From: Escherichia phage vB_EcoM_SA20RB
DNA: 64,000 bases
Sequence record: OL960581
Direction: 5' to 3' (one strand)
Part shown: positions 61,642-64,000 of the stretch, in pieces
Layout of the letters: the number at the start of each line of letters is the position of its first letter
Numbering within the stretch: the stretch's first letter is position 1
Program-made: the position numbers and the translations under genes
The notes under the pieces: generated by a model
Told to the model about the DNA's origin: nothing
What the model saw: only the letters and a program-made list of their open reading frames with translations
The model's database searches: none

Positions 61642-61914
61642 TCATAGTTCAATCTCAGCGATTTTCATTTCATTACTATTAATAGCCGCTTTAAGACTAT
61701 TTGAAAGAATTACATTCCAGTGGTCATTCATATGACCATTAACTAAGCGTGTAATTTCTTCGGGAGTTGAAAAATAAGGCGTATCAGACTCCCAATGCGA
61801 TAGTCCCAAGCGAGTATAAATCATACCTTCATCATCGCTAGAATATTCAACTGACACAAACTCATCAGTTATTTTATGTTTAGCGTAATAAAATTTAAAT
61901 TTCATTTTACTCAA
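61642..61914 (-). CDS. hypothetical protein
   Basis: 90-aa ORF. Confidence 0.55.
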   Translation of the reverse strand: MSKMKFKFYYAKHKITDEFVSVEYSSDDEGMIYTRLGLSHWESDTPYFSTPEEITRLVNGHMNDHWNVILSNSLKAAINSNEMKIAEIEL

Positions 61915-62117
61915 TAATCCGCTAAAAGATCGACGATTGCATCACGAAGACACTTATTCGCAATACGTTTAAGAGCAATTTCAGTTTCTGGAGCATTTTG
62001 AATAATCATTGAATTCAATTCAGCCTCAGCAAACTGAAGTTCTTTAACTAATTCAGCTTTATATTTTCCTTGCCCTTTCTTAGCTTTTGCTCGTTTTAAT
62101 TCAGCTGTAGTAAACAT
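61911..62117 (-). CDS. hypothetical protein
   Basis: 68-aa form from MFTTAELKR with SD GGAGAA; the longer track ORF would overlap the early promoter and denB. Confidence 0.5.
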   Translation of the reverse strand: MFTTAELKRAKAKKGQGKYKAELVKELQFAEAELNSMIIQNAPETEIALKRIANKCLRDAIVDLLADY

Positions 62118-62151
62118 TTTATTCTCCAAATCCGTATCAGTTGATAGTTGT

Positions 62152-62181
62152 ATAGTACCACGGTCCTTGTGGTATGTAAAC
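62152..62181 (-). promoter_or_regulatory. T4-type early promoter
   Basis: Minus strand reads GTTTACA, 17 nt, TACTAT. Confidence 0.6.
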
Positions 62182-62197
62182 CGTTTTGTGAAAATTT

Positions 62198-62755
62198 TTA
62201 AATGGAAAGATACCATCCGTTGTAGTTGCTTTTTCTTACAACCTTACGAAGGTCTTCTCTGTCACCGATGAACTTCGGAGTGTACTGGATGACACCTGGA
62301 TGAATTTCTTTAGTGTTGAATATAATTATACAGTCAGCGACCTGATGATTCAGAATGGGCCCTAGATTTATTCCAGAACCATATGGATACTCTCCGCTGC
62401 ATCCGGTTGTTACCGAAATCCAACGTGAGTCAGTTTGATGTGTCTTAACTTCTACACGAAGCCCACAGTATTTTGGATGCGCCAATACATCCCATGCATA
62501 TGTGTACGGATCATCGACATCTTCTTGACCTTTGTTAACATACCCGCTCAGCCAATCTGCTACAAAAAACTCTGCGTACACAGCGATACGGCATCTTTCG
62601 ATAACTTCTGCCTTATCCTGATTCGGATTTTGTTTTAAAGAGTATCTTGCTGTATCAGCAATTTTGACCTTCATTTCACTAGTCAAGTCACTGTTCGATA
62701 GAGTAAATGTCGGAATCTGAAATAGTCTCTGTAACCCAGGATTCGTTTTCTGCAT
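62198..62755 (-). CDS. denB: endonuclease IV (position of T4 denB)
   Basis: 185 aa, same length as T4 DenB; adjacent to rIIB as in T4. Confidence 0.65.
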   Translation of the reverse strand: MQKTNPGLQRLFQIPTFTLSNSDLTSEMKVKIADTARYSLKQNPNQDKAEVIERCRIAVYAEFFVADWLSGYVNKGQEDVDDPYTYAWDVLAHPKYCGLRVEVKTHQTDSRWISVTTGCSGEYPYGSGINLGPILNHQVADCIIIFNTKEIHPGVIQYTPKFIGDREDLRKVVRKSNYNGWYLSI

Positions 62756-62811
62756 TTAAACTTTCCTTTATGTCGGAATCACTGATATTCATATAAATCA
62801 TAATTTCTCTT

Positions 62812-62836
62812 AAAACAAAAGGGCCGAAGCCCTTTA
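62812..62836. terminator. hairpin GGGC-CGAA-GCCC flanked by A-run and T-run
   Basis: Short GC stem with GAAG/CGAA loop between two minus-strand ORFs. Confidence 0.5.
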
Positions 62837-62838
62837 TT

Positions 62839-63033
62839 TTACTTGAATTGTGCAATTCTTTTCTCTAGACATTCAGCATAAGATTTCATTGAGATAAACT
62901 GCGAAAGTAGCAGTTCTTGCTCAACTGCACTAACCGTTAGAAACTTTGTGCTTTCTAAAAATTTACTCAGTGCATTAATTTTGAGCATTAATTGATCGTA
63001 TTCTTCTTTTACTCGTGCTTGATAACCTAACAT
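62839..63033 (-). CDS. hypothetical protein
   Basis: 64-aa ORF with SD AAGGA. Confidence 0.5.
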   Translation of the reverse strand: MLGYQARVKEEYDQLMLKINALSKFLESTKFLTVSAVEQELLLSQFISMKSYAECLEKRIAQFK

Positions 63034-63049
63034 AATTTTCCTTAGTTAA

Positions 63050-63061
63050 GGGCCGAAGCCC
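63050..63061 (-). other. RNA hairpin GGGC-CGAA-GCCC between rIIB and the downstream ORF
   Basis: Same hairpin sequence as at 62821-62832; lies just upstream of the SD of the next ORF. Confidence 0.45.
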
Positions 63062-64000
63062 TTATTTAAATTGTTCAGTAACGTCTTCAACTACTTCGTA
63101 TTGGCAGGTACGCATTTTAGCATCGTTGTAATCAATCGGAATTGATACTACATCGCGTGGATGTACTTTAACTTTTACAACTCGGCTGGTTGAACCACCG
63201 AAGTGACGAATATAAGATTTAGAACACACATGCAGACCACGAGAACAAGTTTGTGTATCATCGTCATTCACACGAGTACGCGGCATTTTAACTACTTTAC
63301 CCGGACTGTTATCAAAGGTGTTTGAGTGACAGTCAAAGTAATTGCTGCGAACTACTTTCCAAGCATAGAAGTAACCATCTTCTGTAATTTCAATATCGTT
63401 TGCTACCAAGAAATCAAAGAGTCGAGATACCGCTTTTTGGCTTGGGTTTTCCAGCAGATTTTCCAAGAACGGAAAATAAAATTCAAAGTTTTCGCCTTTT
63501 TCCATCGAGTCAAGAATACGATCAACCAAACCAGACCGCAATTCGATATTTTGATAGAACAAGCTTCCACCTTCAATTCGAACATCACCGGAAATATATT
63601 TTTCAACAGCACGGCGAACATTAATTTTTTGTGCAGCTTCTTCCAGCTTATCCGCTACAAGCAGATTAAGAATTTCCTGGAAGTTTAAATGAGTATTAGG
63701 AGTTGCGTTATAAGTTACGCCGTCAACAGTAATTGAAATGAATTTTTTAGATGCATTCCAAATAATGTCAGATTTAGCAACTGGAGCAATAGCTACATCG
63801 CTCTTAACTTCAACTGTAATGTCACCGCTAATGGCAACTTTGGAGCGTTCAGCTTCTTCAGCATTTTTCAAAACACGACGGATTGTGTCCACCGATACAT
63901 CTTTCCAATAAGCCAATTCCTGTTGGGTATAATTACCGCTTGAATACAGTTTAACAATTTCAGCTTGTTCGTTTTTGGTCAGGCATTTAATATTGTACAT
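63062..64000 (-). CDS. rIIB: rIIB protein
   Basis: 312 aa as in T4; sequence recognised; the start codon is the last 3 bases of the window. Confidence 0.9.
   Translation of the reverse strand: MYNIKCLTKNEQAEIVKLYSSGNYTQQELAYWKDVSVDTIRRVLKNAEEAERSKVAISGDITVEVKSDVAIAPVAKSDIIWNASKKFISITVDGVTYNATPNTHLNFQEILNLLVADKLEEAAQKINVRRAVEKYISGDVRIEGGSLFYQNIELRSGLVDRILDSMEKGENFEFYFPFLENLLENPSQKAVSRLFDFLVANDIEITEDGYFYAWKVVRSNYFDCHSNTFDNSPGKVVKMPRTRVNDDDTQTCSRGLHVCSKSYIRHFGGSTSRVVKVKVHPRDVVSIPIDYNDAKMRTCQYEVVEDVTEQFK

Overview
This window is a contiguous segment of a T-even (T4-like, Tequatrovirus-type) myophage genome, collinear with the T4 map from the 3-prime end of gene 23 to the start codon of rIIB. All calls rest on reading the supplied ORF translations and the DNA by eye and on recalled T4 protein lengths and sequences; no database search was run. 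Content in order: head genes (23 C-terminus, 24, hoc, inh), rnlB, uvsW/uvsY, the baseplate block (25, 26, 51, 27, 28, 29, 48, 54), two tandem Alt-family ADP-ribosyltransferases, DNA ligase with the 30.x genes, rIII, 31, cd, pseT, a spanin pair, alc, rnlA, denA, nrdB, nrdA, td, frd, 32, a GIY-YIG endonuclease, 59, 33, dsbA, rnh, the long tail fibre genes 34-38, holin t, asiA, arn, motA, 52, stp, ndd, denB and rIIB. Regulatory signals recognisable by eye include T4 late promoters (TATAAATA), MotA-box middle promoters, a family of GTTTAC(A)-N17-TAnnAT early promoters, GC-rich tetraloop terminator hairpins and the gene 32 translational operator. The window differs from T4 as I recall it in several places: a T2-type tail-fibre tip (long gp37 with a cleavable C-terminal chaperone domain plus a glycine-rich gp38 adhesin), an extra Ig-like domain in Hoc, uninterrupted td and nrdB with no mobE, and a 115-aa ORF inserted between frd and td. 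The inserted ORF, and the uncharacterised small-gene clusters (arn-motA, ndd-denB, 30.x, cd.x), are the places most likely to hold undescribed functions. No tRNA, rRNA or CRISPR array was found.
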